From Propionicimonas sp. (GTDB lineage: Bacteria; Actinomycetota; Actinomycetes; Propionibacteriales; Propionibacteriaceae): a DNA stretch of 64,000 nt. The position numbers and the translations under genes were made by a program. Of the stretch, positions 7,762-15,675 are shown piece after piece. The notes beneath the pieces are model-generated. The model ran no database searches and was not told the DNA's origin. It worked only from the letters and a program-made list of their open reading frames with translations. Location of the stretch: positions 3,725 through 67,724 of the forward strand of contig JARKPQ010000037.1 of NCBI GenBank assembly GCA_029975155.1, read 5' to 3'. Every line of letters begins with the position of its first letter. Position 1 is the first letter of the stretch.

Positions 7762-9311
7762 GGCCGGCGGATCGGTCGGAGAACCTTCGCCAAGGCGGCC
7801 CAGCCGCGCTTGACGAGCGAGTCGAGATCGGCCGCGTCCGTACCCAAGCCGACCAGAGCACTGGCCAGCTGTCCGGCCAGCACCGGCGCGGCGAACGATG
7901 TGCCACTCCAGATGCCGAAGCCGCTGGAGAAGTTGTCGAGGTCGATCGTGGCCCGGTCCTGTGGAGTGGACAGCTTTCCCTCGCGGGCCGCCGGCTGGTC
8001 ATTCTCCGGAAGTGTCGCGATGCCTGGCACGTTCGTCGACGCCTGACTGCTCGCGTTCTGTCTCTGCGGCAGTGTCGACACGATCGCGGCGCCGTGGCGG
8101 TAGGTGGTGACCCATGCGCCGGCGTTGGAGAACAGCGAGACCTTGCTCCGGTCCGGGTTCAGCGAACCTACGCTCACCAGCGGCAGTCCGCCCTTTCCTG
8201 CGGCCGTGTCGCCAGCGAAGGCCGCTGGCACGAACGGACGGGTCGTCGCATCGTTTCCTGCCCCCGCTACCACCAGGACTCCGGCCCTACCGAGATCTCG
8301 AAGCATCGTGGCGAGACTGCTGCCGGACAGGACCGAAGGATCACTGTCCTCGTCAGGGACGTCCTCGTGGTAGCCACCGAAGGAAAGGGTGAGCACGTCG
8401 ATGACCGCGGCCGTGTCGCCGGAAGCCAGTGCGGCCAGCTGGGTATCCAGCAGGTTCTGGAGGAGGTCGAGTACGGCGTCTTCGTAGACAAGCCCGTCAG
8501 AACCCATGATCGCGTGGGCGACGAGCCGGGCTGGCGGGCAGATCTGGCGAACGATTCCTGCGATGAACGTGCCGTGGCCGGCGAGGTTGTCGAGGCCGCC
8601 GGTCAGCCGGGAACCCACCCCGTCCGTGGCGTCCGCCACAGAGGATCCGAACACGGTGACGCCCAGGCTCGCCGGCGGTGGCTGTACGCCAACGACGGCG
8701 GCATCGGGGAACCACGGGTGCGGGCCGATGCCCGTGTCAGGCATCACCACGACCGGAGGGCGCTTCAGGCGGGGTGCTGTCCTCGACGGGTCGTCGATCA
8801 CCACCGCGACAGGTGACTTGCCGCCATAGCCGGGAACCGCGTACTCGTCCGGTGTGCCGATGCCGTGCCAGTAACCGCCACCGCCGATGCCGTGCCAGTA
8901 GCCACCGCCGCCGATGCCGTGCCAGTAGCCTCCCCCACCGGAAGCCGTGAACACGTGCACCAGTTCGAAGGCCTGGTCGAGTTCCGGAACGGCGGTGCGG
9001 ATCTGCTGCAACGCTGTCCACGCGTCCGGAGCGGCGCTGGGTGACTCGGTGGCGACGCGCAGTTCGAAGCTCACGGCCTGCTGGGACTCGAGGTCGAAGG
9101 GCGCGCGTGGTTGGCGTCGTGGGATCTCGTCGCGGTAGCGCTCCGGAGGACGCAGCACCCAGCCGAACTGAGCGAGGATCTCGTCGACGCGACGGTCCCG
9201 ATTCCAGACCTGCTCGCCTCGGACGAGCAGACGGTCGGACATGTACGCCGTCGTACCGATCTTCTGACCGGCGCGCGTGACGGCGGTGGTTGGGTCAAGC
9301 ACACGGATCAT
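7758..9311 (-). CDS. S8/S53 subtilisin-like serine peptidase, no signal peptide
   Basis: Triad motifs MPDTGIG (Asp), GHGTFIAG (His), SGTSFAAP (Ser), oxyanion AGAGN; AGGAGG RBS upstream of ATG 9311. Confidence 0.9.
   Translation of the reverse strand: MIRVLDPTTAVTRAGQKIGTTAYMSDRLLVRGEQVWNRDRRVDEILAQFGWVLRPPERYRDEIPRRQPRAPFDLESQQAVSFELRVATESPSAAPDAWTALQQIRTAVPELDQAFELVHVFTASGGGGYWHGIGGGGYWHGIGGGGYWHGIGTPDEYAVPGYGGKSPVAVVIDDPSRTAPRLKRPPVVVMPDTGIGPHPWFPDAAVVGVQPPPASLGVTVFGSSVADATDGVGSRLTGGLDNLAGHGTFIAGIVRQICPPARLVAHAIMGSDGLVYEDAVLDLLQNLLDTQLAALASGDTAAVIDVLTLSFGGYHEDVPDEDSDPSVLSGSSLATMLRDLGRAGVLVVAGAGNDATTRPFVPAAFAGDTAAGKGGLPLVSVGSLNPDRSKVSLFSNAGAWVTTYRHGAAIVSTLPQRQNASSQASTNVPGIATLPENDQPAAREGKLSTPQDRATIDLDNFSSGFGIWSGTSFAAPVLAGQLASALVGLGTDAADLDSLVKRGWAALAKVLRPIRRP
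8856..8939 (-). repeat. 27-bp coding tandem repeat x3 encoding (GGGYWHGIG)
   Basis: gccgatgccgtgccagta(a/g)cc... occurs at 8856, 8883 and 8910; differences are confined to Tyr and Gly wobble positions. Confidence 0.95.
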
Positions 9312-9372
9312 CTGGGGGACCTCCTGTGACCGGCGGCGGTCACAGCCTATTGAGCCGCCGCTTCACTCGACC

Positions 9373-9399
9373 AGAGCCGCGGAGTAAGCACTCTGATAC
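9373..9399 (-). promoter_or_regulatory. Candidate ECF promoter GTATCAG-N15-GCTCT facing the S8 operon
   Basis: Minus strand reads GTATCAG agtgcttactccgcg GCTCT; the same motif recurs on the plus strand 33 bp away. Confidence 0.55.
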
Positions 9400-9431
9400 C
9401 AGTCCGTACGGAGATCTTGGCCGTGGTCGAT

Positions 9432-9457
9432 GTATCAGGACCCGGGAGGCGCGCTCT
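9432..9457 (+). promoter_or_regulatory. Candidate ECF promoter GTATCAG-N14-GCTCT facing a structured non-coding region
   Basis: Plus strand reads GTATCAG gacccgggaggcgc GCTCT, a divergent twin of 9373-9399. Confidence 0.55.
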
Positions 9458-9464
9458 GATGGGC

Positions 9465-9650
9465 ATCTGGTCGGCAGGACGGCACCCGCGAGGAGGGACG
9501 CAGGTGCAAGGGGAGCTTCTGCCGACCACCGGTTCGGGCACGGCGCCGGGCCACCGCGAGGTGGAGGGGGGCCATCGCTCGACGGACGACCGCTGCGCGG
9601 CTGATGGGGGCCGGCCGCCGGCAGGTGCCCGTCGCCGTGCCCGAACCCCG
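9465..9650 (+). ncRNA. Putative structured small RNA
   Basis: 12-bp stem 9468-9479/9517-9528 enclosing a hairpin with an AGGAGGGA loop; perfect 15-bp stem 9531-9545/9633-9647 enclosing a CCACC-GCGA-GGTGG GNRA hairpin; no credible ORF. Confidence 0.45.
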
Positions 9651-9658
9651 CCGCAGAC

Positions 9659-9719
9659 CGGGGACAGGTCCCATTCCCGTTCACCTCATCCGGGTGAACG
9701 GGAATGGGACCTGTCCCCG
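9659..9719. repeat. REP-like family A inverted pair, possible bidirectional terminator/stabiliser
   Basis: 27-bp perfect inverted repeat between the putative sRNA and the convergent ABC-F stop. Confidence 0.85.
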
Positions 9720-9724
9720 ATTGG

Positions 9725-11368
9725 TCAGGTCGCCGTGACGGTGCCGCGTCCGGCATCGGCGGCGAACGCCCACAGCGCGGACGGGGACAGTGCGTCCAGC
9801 AGAGCCTGGTCGTGCGTGACGATCAGCAGCGTGCCGCCGAAGGCGACCAGCGCGGCCTCAAGCTGCTCGATGGCCGCGGCGTCCAGGTGGTTGGTCGGCT
9901 CGTCCAGCACCAGCACGTTCACGGCGCGACCCTGCAGGACGGCGAGTGCCGCCCGCGTCCGCTCGCCCAGCGAGAGGCTGTCGCAGGGACGTTCCACCTG
10001 CTCGGCGCCGAGGCCGAACTTCGCCAGCAGCGTGCGGACGCCGGCGAGGTCGGACTCACCGAGCGCCCGGGCCACCACCTCCTGCAGTGACTCCGGGCCG
10101 CTGATCACGTCCCGGCCCTGGTCGAGGGTGCCGAGCGCCACCCGCGTCCCCCACGACACCCGTCCCGAGACCGGCCCGTCGCCACCCAGCACGGCCCGCA
10201 GCAGCGTCGTCTTGCCCGAGCCGTTCGGACCCACCAGCGCCACCCGGTCGCCTCGGGCCACCTGCGCGGTGACCGGTCCGACCTGGAAACTGCCCGCCGC
10301 GGCCACCACCCGGTCGAGCGTGAGCACCACCTCCGCCGACCCTGCGGCCTCGGCGATCGCGTAGCGCAGCTCCCACTCCCTGCGCGGCTGCTCGACCTCC
10401 GGCAGCCGCTCGGCGGCGGACCGGACGCGCGCGGCGCGCTGGTCCATCCGCCGGGCGCGGTCCTCGCGGAACTTCTTCTCCAGCTGCATTCCCGAGCCAA
10501 GGCGGGCGGCCTTCGCGCGTCCCTGCCGCGCCCACTCGGTCTTCCGCCGCGCCTGCTCGACCAGGTCGGCACGCTGTGCGGCGTAGGTCTCGTACGCGTC
10601 CTGGGCCTGCGCGCGGGCCAGGGTCTTCGCCGCGCGGTAGTCCGACCAGCCGCCGCTGTAGGCGTTCACCGCCTGCTGGGCCGAGTCGATCTCGAGCACC
10701 CCGGTCGCCACGTCGTCGAGGAACGCCCGGTCGTGGGACGCGATCAGCACCGGCGACGAGAGACCACGGACGAACTCTGTGATCGCCTCCAGCCCGGCCC
10801 GGTCCAGGTTGTTGGTGGGCTCGTCGAGCAGCAGCAGGTCGTACCGGCTCACCAGGATGGACGCGAGCGCGGCCCGCGCGGCCTGCCCGCCGGACAGGCT
10901 GCCCAGCGGCCGGTCGAGCGGGACATCCAGGTCGAGCCGGGCCAGCACCTCGGCCAGCCGCACCTCGAGGTCGGCGCCGCCGAGCGAGAGCCACCGGTCG
11001 AGTGCGCGTGAGTACTTCTCGTCAGCGCCACGGTCGCCGGAGGCGAGGGCGGCGGCCGCGTCCTCGAACTCGGCGTGCGCCGGGCCGACACCGGTGCGCC
11101 GACGCGCGTAGTCGAGGACGCTCTCGTCCGCGGCCGGCACCGACTGCGGGAGATAGCCGACCTCCGCGTCCGGTGGCGCCAGCCTGACCGTGCCGGCGTC
11201 CGGGGCGTGCTCGCCGGCCACGATCCGCAGCAGCGTGGTCTTCCCGGCGCCGTTCGGCCCGACCAGCGCCGTGACGTCGCCGGGCGCCAGCGTGAGGTCC
11301 AGCCCGGCGAACAACGGACGGGCACCGAAGGACGCGGCGATGCCGGAGAGGAACAGGGATGTGGACAC
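9725..11368 (-). CDS. ABC-F family ATPase (ribosome-associated, possibly antibiotic-protection type)
   Basis: Two ABC domains (GPNGAGKT/LSGGQ/LLLDEPTNN and GPNGSGKT/LSLGE/LVLDEPTNH), long charged linker, no TM segments; GTG start 11368 after GAGG. Confidence 0.88.
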   Translation of the reverse strand: MSTSLFLSGIAASFGARPLFAGLDLTLAPGDVTALVGPNGAGKTTLLRIVAGEHAPDAGTVRLAPPDAEVGYLPQSVPAADESVLDYARRRTGVGPAHAEFEDAAAALASGDRGADEKYSRALDRWLSLGGADLEVRLAEVLARLDLDVPLDRPLGSLSGGQAARAALASILVSRYDLLLLDEPTNNLDRAGLEAITEFVRGLSSPVLIASHDRAFLDDVATGVLEIDSAQQAVNAYSGGWSDYRAAKTLARAQAQDAYETYAAQRADLVEQARRKTEWARQGRAKAARLGSGMQLEKKFREDRARRMDQRAARVRSAAERLPEVEQPRREWELRYAIAEAAGSAEVVLTLDRVVAAAGSFQVGPVTAQVARGDRVALVGPNGSGKTTLLRAVLGGDGPVSGRVSWGTRVALGTLDQGRDVISGPESLQEVVARALGESDLAGVRTLLAKFGLGAEQVERPCDSLSLGERTRAALAVLQGRAVNVLVLDEPTNHLDAAAIEQLEAALVAFGGTLLIVTHDQALLDALSPSALWAFAADAGRGTVTAT

Positions 11369-11457
11369 GGATGACCTCGATCGCGGGTGTTTGGGGACAG
11401 TGCGAGAGGTCAGTTCCACATGCCCCAAGGGTGCGGGACAGCCGCGCCCGGAGTCAA
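11369..11457 (-). promoter_or_regulatory. Promoter plus leaderless uORF (MWN*) translational attenuator of ABC-F
   Basis: TTGACT-N18-CACCCT-N6-ATGTGGAACTGA; TGACCTC at the uORF stop pairs with GAGGTCA containing the ABC-F RBS. Confidence 0.65.
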
Positions 11458-11559
11458 GCGAGAAAGTAGGGTCTCGCCAGACCGGCCTCCGGCTGCGAGA
11501 ATTGGCCCGTGGCAGCCTGCCCGAGAGGGGCGTGGCAGGCGATTCCACGGGGGGAAAAC

Positions 11560-12138
11560 ATGATTGGGTCACGCACCAGGGACGAGCGCACGCTCGCCCA
11601 CTATCCAGAGGTCGTCGAGTTCACGCCGGCCCGGGCGCCGCGGTTGCGCCTGGCCGGGTTCGGGCTGCTCGCGGTCATGATCACCGCCGGCCTGCTGCTG
11701 TTGCCGCCGGTGGCTCTCGGCGGCGTCAACATCCTTGCCGTGGTCGGCTGGGTGGGCCTCGCGTTCTTCATCCCGGCAACGACGTACGCGGTCGTCCGGG
11801 CACTGCTGCCGCAGGTCGCGCTGCGGCTTACCGAGGACGGCCTGACCGACGGCTCGTCCATGTCCGCGGTCGGCTTCGTGCCGTGGAGTCAGATCTCCGG
11901 CGTCGGCACGTCCGAGATCTCCGGCAGCCGGCTCGTCGGCGTGTACCTGCGGGACGCCGAGGCGTTCATCGCCGCGCTGGGCCCGTTCCGGAAGGTGGCC
12001 GCCCGCACGAACCTGCGGATGTTCGGCGCGCCGGTGTGGATCAGTCCGATCGGCCTGCCCTCCGCGGACGACCTCGCCGGGCTGATCGACGTCTACCGGC
12101 GCGGCTGGGCGCTCCACCACGACGTGCCCGAGGCCTGA
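11560..12138 (+). CDS. Membrane protein, STM3941-like (two TM helices plus PH-like domain)
   Basis: Two hydrophobic helices followed by LRLTEDGLTDGSS...GFVPWSQI. Confidence 0.6.
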   Translation: MIGSRTRDERTLAHYPEVVEFTPARAPRLRLAGFGLLAVMITAGLLLLPPVALGGVNILAVVGWVGLAFFIPATTYAVVRALLPQVALRLTEDGLTDGSSMSAVGFVPWSQISGVGTSEISGSRLVGVYLRDAEAFIAALGPFRKVAARTNLRMFGAPVWISPIGLPSADDLAGLIDVYRRGWALHHDVPEA

Positions 12139-12308
12139 TCCGGCGGTCTTGGCCGCAACTGTCACGGCAACCCGACCGCAGGGATCCCGGGTCGTGCCCG
12201 GGGTGACGGTCGAGCCCGGGATGACGAGGAGGTAACCGGGCCCTGAGCACGGGGGGTGCGCGCGCGGCGCAGGGGTGCTACCCTCTTTCGCGAGCGAAGA
12301 GCTCGACA

Positions 12309-12372
12309 GGGTTGTTACCCAAAATCGGGGCAAGACCTGAGATGCACGAGAGTGCGTCTCGGGTCTTTTTTT
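12309..12372 (+). promoter_or_regulatory. RAT (BglG/LicT antiterminator target) overlapping an intrinsic terminator
   Basis: GGGTTGTTACCC-AAAATC-GGGGCAAGACC matches the RAT consensus; terminator AGACCTGAGATGCAC-GAGA-GTGCGTCTCGGGTCT followed by a T run. Confidence 0.9.
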
Positions 12373-12404
12373 GTTTTTTCGCCGGATTTCGGAAGGAACC
12401 GACA

Positions 12405-14459
12405 ATGGAGTCCACAACGAAGGCAAGCACAGCCGAGCAGATCGTCGACGCTGTCGGCGGCGCCGGTAATGTCCTCAGCCTCACGCACTGCGCGACGCGG
12501 CTGCGTTTCGAACTGAAGGACGCCTCTGGCATCGACCAGAAGGCCGTGGAGAAGATCCCGGGCGTCATGGGTGCCGTGCCGCAGAGCGGCGACCGCTACC
12601 AGGTGGTGATCGGCGGCGCCGTCCAGTCCACCTTCAACGACATCATGAACCTGCCGGCGATGGCCGGCGTGGGCAAGGGCCTGTCCGATGCGGACGTGAA
12701 GGCCCGCGAGCGTGCCAAGGCCCGCGGCAAGGTCGCCTGGCTGGACGCGTTCTTCGAGTACCTGTCCGACTCGTTCCGTCCGCTGCTGGGCGTGCTGCTC
12801 GGCTCCTCGCTGATCATCGCGATCGCGGCCATCCTGGACGCGTTCCACATCGTCCCGTTCCAGGGTGTGGATCGCCTGACGGCCGCGGGCGCCACCTGGG
12901 TGTTCTGGGACGCGATGTGGCGCTCAGTGCTCTACTTCCTGCCGATCATGGTCGCGTACAACGCGGCCAAGAAGCTGAACGTGGACCCGTGGATCGGCGC
13001 TGCCATCATGGCCGCGATGTTCACCCCGAACTACCTGTCGCTCACTGGCGCGGCCGACACCGTCTGCACGACGACGGACCTCGGCAAGCAGTGTGTGGCC
13101 ATGATCGCCGGAATGCCAATGCAGTTGAACGACTACGGCGGCCAGGTCTTCGTGCCGCTGATCATGGTCGCGGTGCTGGCGCAGCTCAACAAGCTGCTCA
13201 AACGGATATTCCCGGAGAACCTGCAGATGGTCTTCGTTCCCTTCTTCTGCCTGCTGATCATGATCCCGATCACCGGCTTCATCATCGGCCCGATCAGCAT
13301 CTGGCTGGGCAGCGGCCTGGGCGCAGGACTGGCCTGGCTGAACAACACGGTGCCACTGCTGTTCGCCATCCTCATCCCGATGATCTACCCCTTCCTGGTG
13401 CCGCTGGGCCTGCACTGGCCGCTCAACGCGCTCATGCTCGCCAACATCAGCACCCTCGGCTACGACTTCATCCAGGGCCCGATGGGCACGTGGAACTTCG
13501 CCTGCTTCGGCGCCACCGCGGGTGTGCTCGTGGTCGCCAGCCGGGCTCGGGACAACGAGGTGCGCCAGACCGCGATCGGCGCCCTGGCCGCCGGTCTGCT
13601 CGGTGGCATCTCGGAACCGTCCCTGTACGGCATCCACCTGCGCTACAAGCGGATCTACCCGCGCATGCTGGTGGGGTGTGCGACCGGTGGCCTGACGATC
13701 GGCATCCTCGGCTGGATCTTCGGCACGGTCAAGACCGGCGCCTTCGCCTTCACCTCACTGCTCACCATCCCGGTCTTCGCCCCGACGTGGATCTACGTGA
13801 TCTCGATCGCCGCCGCCTTTGTCGTGGCGATGTTCCTGGTCATCGCGTCCGACTACCGCACCCCTGAGCAGAAGGCCGAGGCGGAGGCCGACCGACTGCA
13901 GGCGGAGGCCGACCTGGCCATGGAGCAGGCTCGCAAGAGCGGCGCCGCAACCGCCGTCACGACGGCGGCCGCCGCCGGCGCCGGCGGTGTCGCGACCCTG
14001 GTGCGGACCGACCGCGTGGTCGCTCCTGTGGCCGGCACAGTGGTGCCGATCACGGAAGTGGCCGACAAGGTGTTCGCGTCCAAGGCGCTCGGTGAGGGCG
14101 TCGGCATCGTCCCGTCGGACGGCCATGTGGTCGCGCCGGTCGCGGGCGTGCTGGTCACCGTGCCGGCCAGCGGGCACGCGTTCGGGATCAGGACGGACGA
14201 CGGCGTCGAGGTGCTGGTGCACGTCGGCATCGACACCGTCCGGCTGGAAGGCGAAGGGTTCGACGTGGACGTGGCCGCCGGACAGAGGGTCGAGGCCGGT
14301 GACCTGCTGGCCAAGGTCGATCTGGACGCCGTGAAGGCGGCCGGCTACGACACGACGACCGTTGTGGTCGTGACCAACACGATGGCCCTGGGCTCGGTCA
14401 CGCCGGTGCAGGCTGGCGATGTGTCCAGGGAAGACCCCATCATTGAGGTGACCCCCTGA
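12405..14459 (+). CDS. PTS EIIBCA, glucose/beta-glucoside family
   Basis: EIIB HCATRLRF, EIIC TM region with GISEPSLYG, EIIA HAFG and LVHVGIDT; AAGGA RBS before ATG 12405. Confidence 0.92.
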   Translation: MESTTKASTAEQIVDAVGGAGNVLSLTHCATRLRFELKDASGIDQKAVEKIPGVMGAVPQSGDRYQVVIGGAVQSTFNDIMNLPAMAGVGKGLSDADVKARERAKARGKVAWLDAFFEYLSDSFRPLLGVLLGSSLIIAIAAILDAFHIVPFQGVDRLTAAGATWVFWDAMWRSVLYFLPIMVAYNAAKKLNVDPWIGAAIMAAMFTPNYLSLTGAADTVCTTTDLGKQCVAMIAGMPMQLNDYGGQVFVPLIMVAVLAQLNKLLKRIFPENLQMVFVPFFCLLIMIPITGFIIGPISIWLGSGLGAGLAWLNNTVPLLFAILIPMIYPFLVPLGLHWPLNALMLANISTLGYDFIQGPMGTWNFACFGATAGVLVVASRARDNEVRQTAIGALAAGLLGGISEPSLYGIHLRYKRIYPRMLVGCATGGLTIGILGWIFGTVKTGAFAFTSLLTIPVFAPTWIYVISIAAAFVVAMFLVIASDYRTPEQKAEAEADRLQAEADLAMEQARKSGAATAVTTAAAAGAGGVATLVRTDRVVAPVAGTVVPITEVADKVFASKALGEGVGIVPSDGHVVAPVAGVLVTVPASGHAFGIRTDDGVEVLVHVGIDTVRLEGEGFDVDVAAGQRVEAGDLLAKVDLDAVKAAGYDTTTVVVVTNTMALGSVTPVQAGDVSREDPIIEVTP

Positions 14460-14507
14460 GAGGACGTGACGTGATCGCCTCCGCAGCCGCCGCGACGCGG
14501 AGCTGAC

Positions 14508-15362
14508 GTGGAGATCGCACGCGTGTTCAACAACAACCTCGTCCTCGCGCTGGACGAGGCGGGACGCGAGGTGATCCTGACCGGCCGTGGCCTGGGGTTC
14601 CAGGCCCGGCCGGGTCAGGCCGTGGATCCGGCGAAGGTGGTTCGCACCTTCGTCCCCGCGGACGGACGCGACCCCGACCACCTTGCGCAGCTGCTCTCCG
14701 GGATCCCTCCGGAGCACATCCAGCTGGTCAGCTCAGCGCTGGCCGAGGTCGGGCTGGACGCGGTGGGGCGCAACCCCTCCCTGGTGATCGCACTGGCCGA
14801 CCACGTCAGCTTCGCGCTGCGCCGGGTGGCGATCGGCATGGAGCTGGAGTACCCGCTGCTCGCCGAGGTGCAGCACCTGTACGGCGAGGAGTACGGGCAG
14901 GCGCGGGCACTGCTGGCCGCGATCAACGCCCACGCCGAGCACCCGCTGCCGGACGTGGAGGCGGTCGGGCTGGCGTTGCACCTGGTCAACGCGGGGTTCG
15001 CGACCGGCGACCTGTCGTACACCTACCGGATGACGGGGGTGATCCAGCAGATGGTCGCGGTGATCGAGCAGTCGTTCGGGCTCGATCTCGACTCCGGCGG
15101 CGTCAGCGTCGGCCGGTTCATCACCCACCTGCGTTACCTGTTCGTGCGGATCTCGCAGCATCGGCAGCTCTCCGGGGAGCATTCCAACATCGGCGTGGCG
15201 ATCCGAAGTGCCTACCCGGGGGCCGCGAACTGCGCCCGGCGCCTGGCGGACCTGATGGAGTTGCGGCTGGGTTCCGCGCTCACCGACGACGAGATCTCGT
15301 ACCTCGCCCTGCACATCGCCCGGGTGACGACGGACGAGCCCCCACTCGACGCCCCTTCGTGA
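14508..15362 (+). CDS. BglG/LicT family transcriptional antiterminator (CAT-PRD-PRD)
   Basis: RVFNNN...GRGLGF CAT domain; PRD motifs LADHVSFA, FITHLRY, EISYLALHI. Confidence 0.92.
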   Translation: MEIARVFNNNLVLALDEAGREVILTGRGLGFQARPGQAVDPAKVVRTFVPADGRDPDHLAQLLSGIPPEHIQLVSSALAEVGLDAVGRNPSLVIALADHVSFALRRVAIGMELEYPLLAEVQHLYGEEYGQARALLAAINAHAEHPLPDVEAVGLALHLVNAGFATGDLSYTYRMTGVIQQMVAVIEQSFGLDLDSGGVSVGRFITHLRYLFVRISQHRQLSGEHSNIGVAIRSAYPGAANCARRLADLMELRLGSALTDDEISYLALHIARVTTDEPPLDAPS

Positions 15363-15383
15363 CGAAGGTTGGCCGGCGCCAAT

Positions 15384-15626
15384 CGTCATCCCGGCGAGCG
15401 TCCGTCATTCCGGCGAACGCCCGTCATCCCGGCGAACGCCGGGACCCGTCCGGTGACTGCCAACTTTCCCGGCCGTCGGCAGGGGCTGGCGCGGCCGGCT
15501 GTCGTGACTGCCAAGTTCCCCGGCATACCAAGCCGAAAACCGCCGTCATAAGCCGGGAAACCTGGCCGTCAGCCGCAGCGAACTCCGGAATAGCCGCAAG
15601 ATGCCGGAAAACCTGGCAGTCATGAC
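15384..15626. repeat. REP family B cluster plus ~126-bp MITE-like element with 26-bp imperfect inverted ends
   Basis: CGTCATCCCGGCGAACG units at 15384-15446; GTCGTGACTGCCAAGTTCCCCGGCAT (15501) versus ATGCCGGAAAACCTGGCAGTCATGAC (ending 15626). Confidence 0.7.
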
Positions 15627-15675
15627 GCCGATGACGGTTCCTGCGGCCCCTGGGTGAGCGACATCGGCGCCTCTT

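Noticed and set aside
9417-10364. 315-aa plus-strand ORF over the putative sRNA
   Set aside because: Low-complexity Arg/Ser/Pro translation antisense to ABC-F, running through a REP; ATG 9459 is too close to the -10-like motif
11458-11470. WhiB7 AT-rich box upstream of the ABC-F -35
   Set aside because: ACTTTCTC is only weakly AT-rich, which is insufficient support
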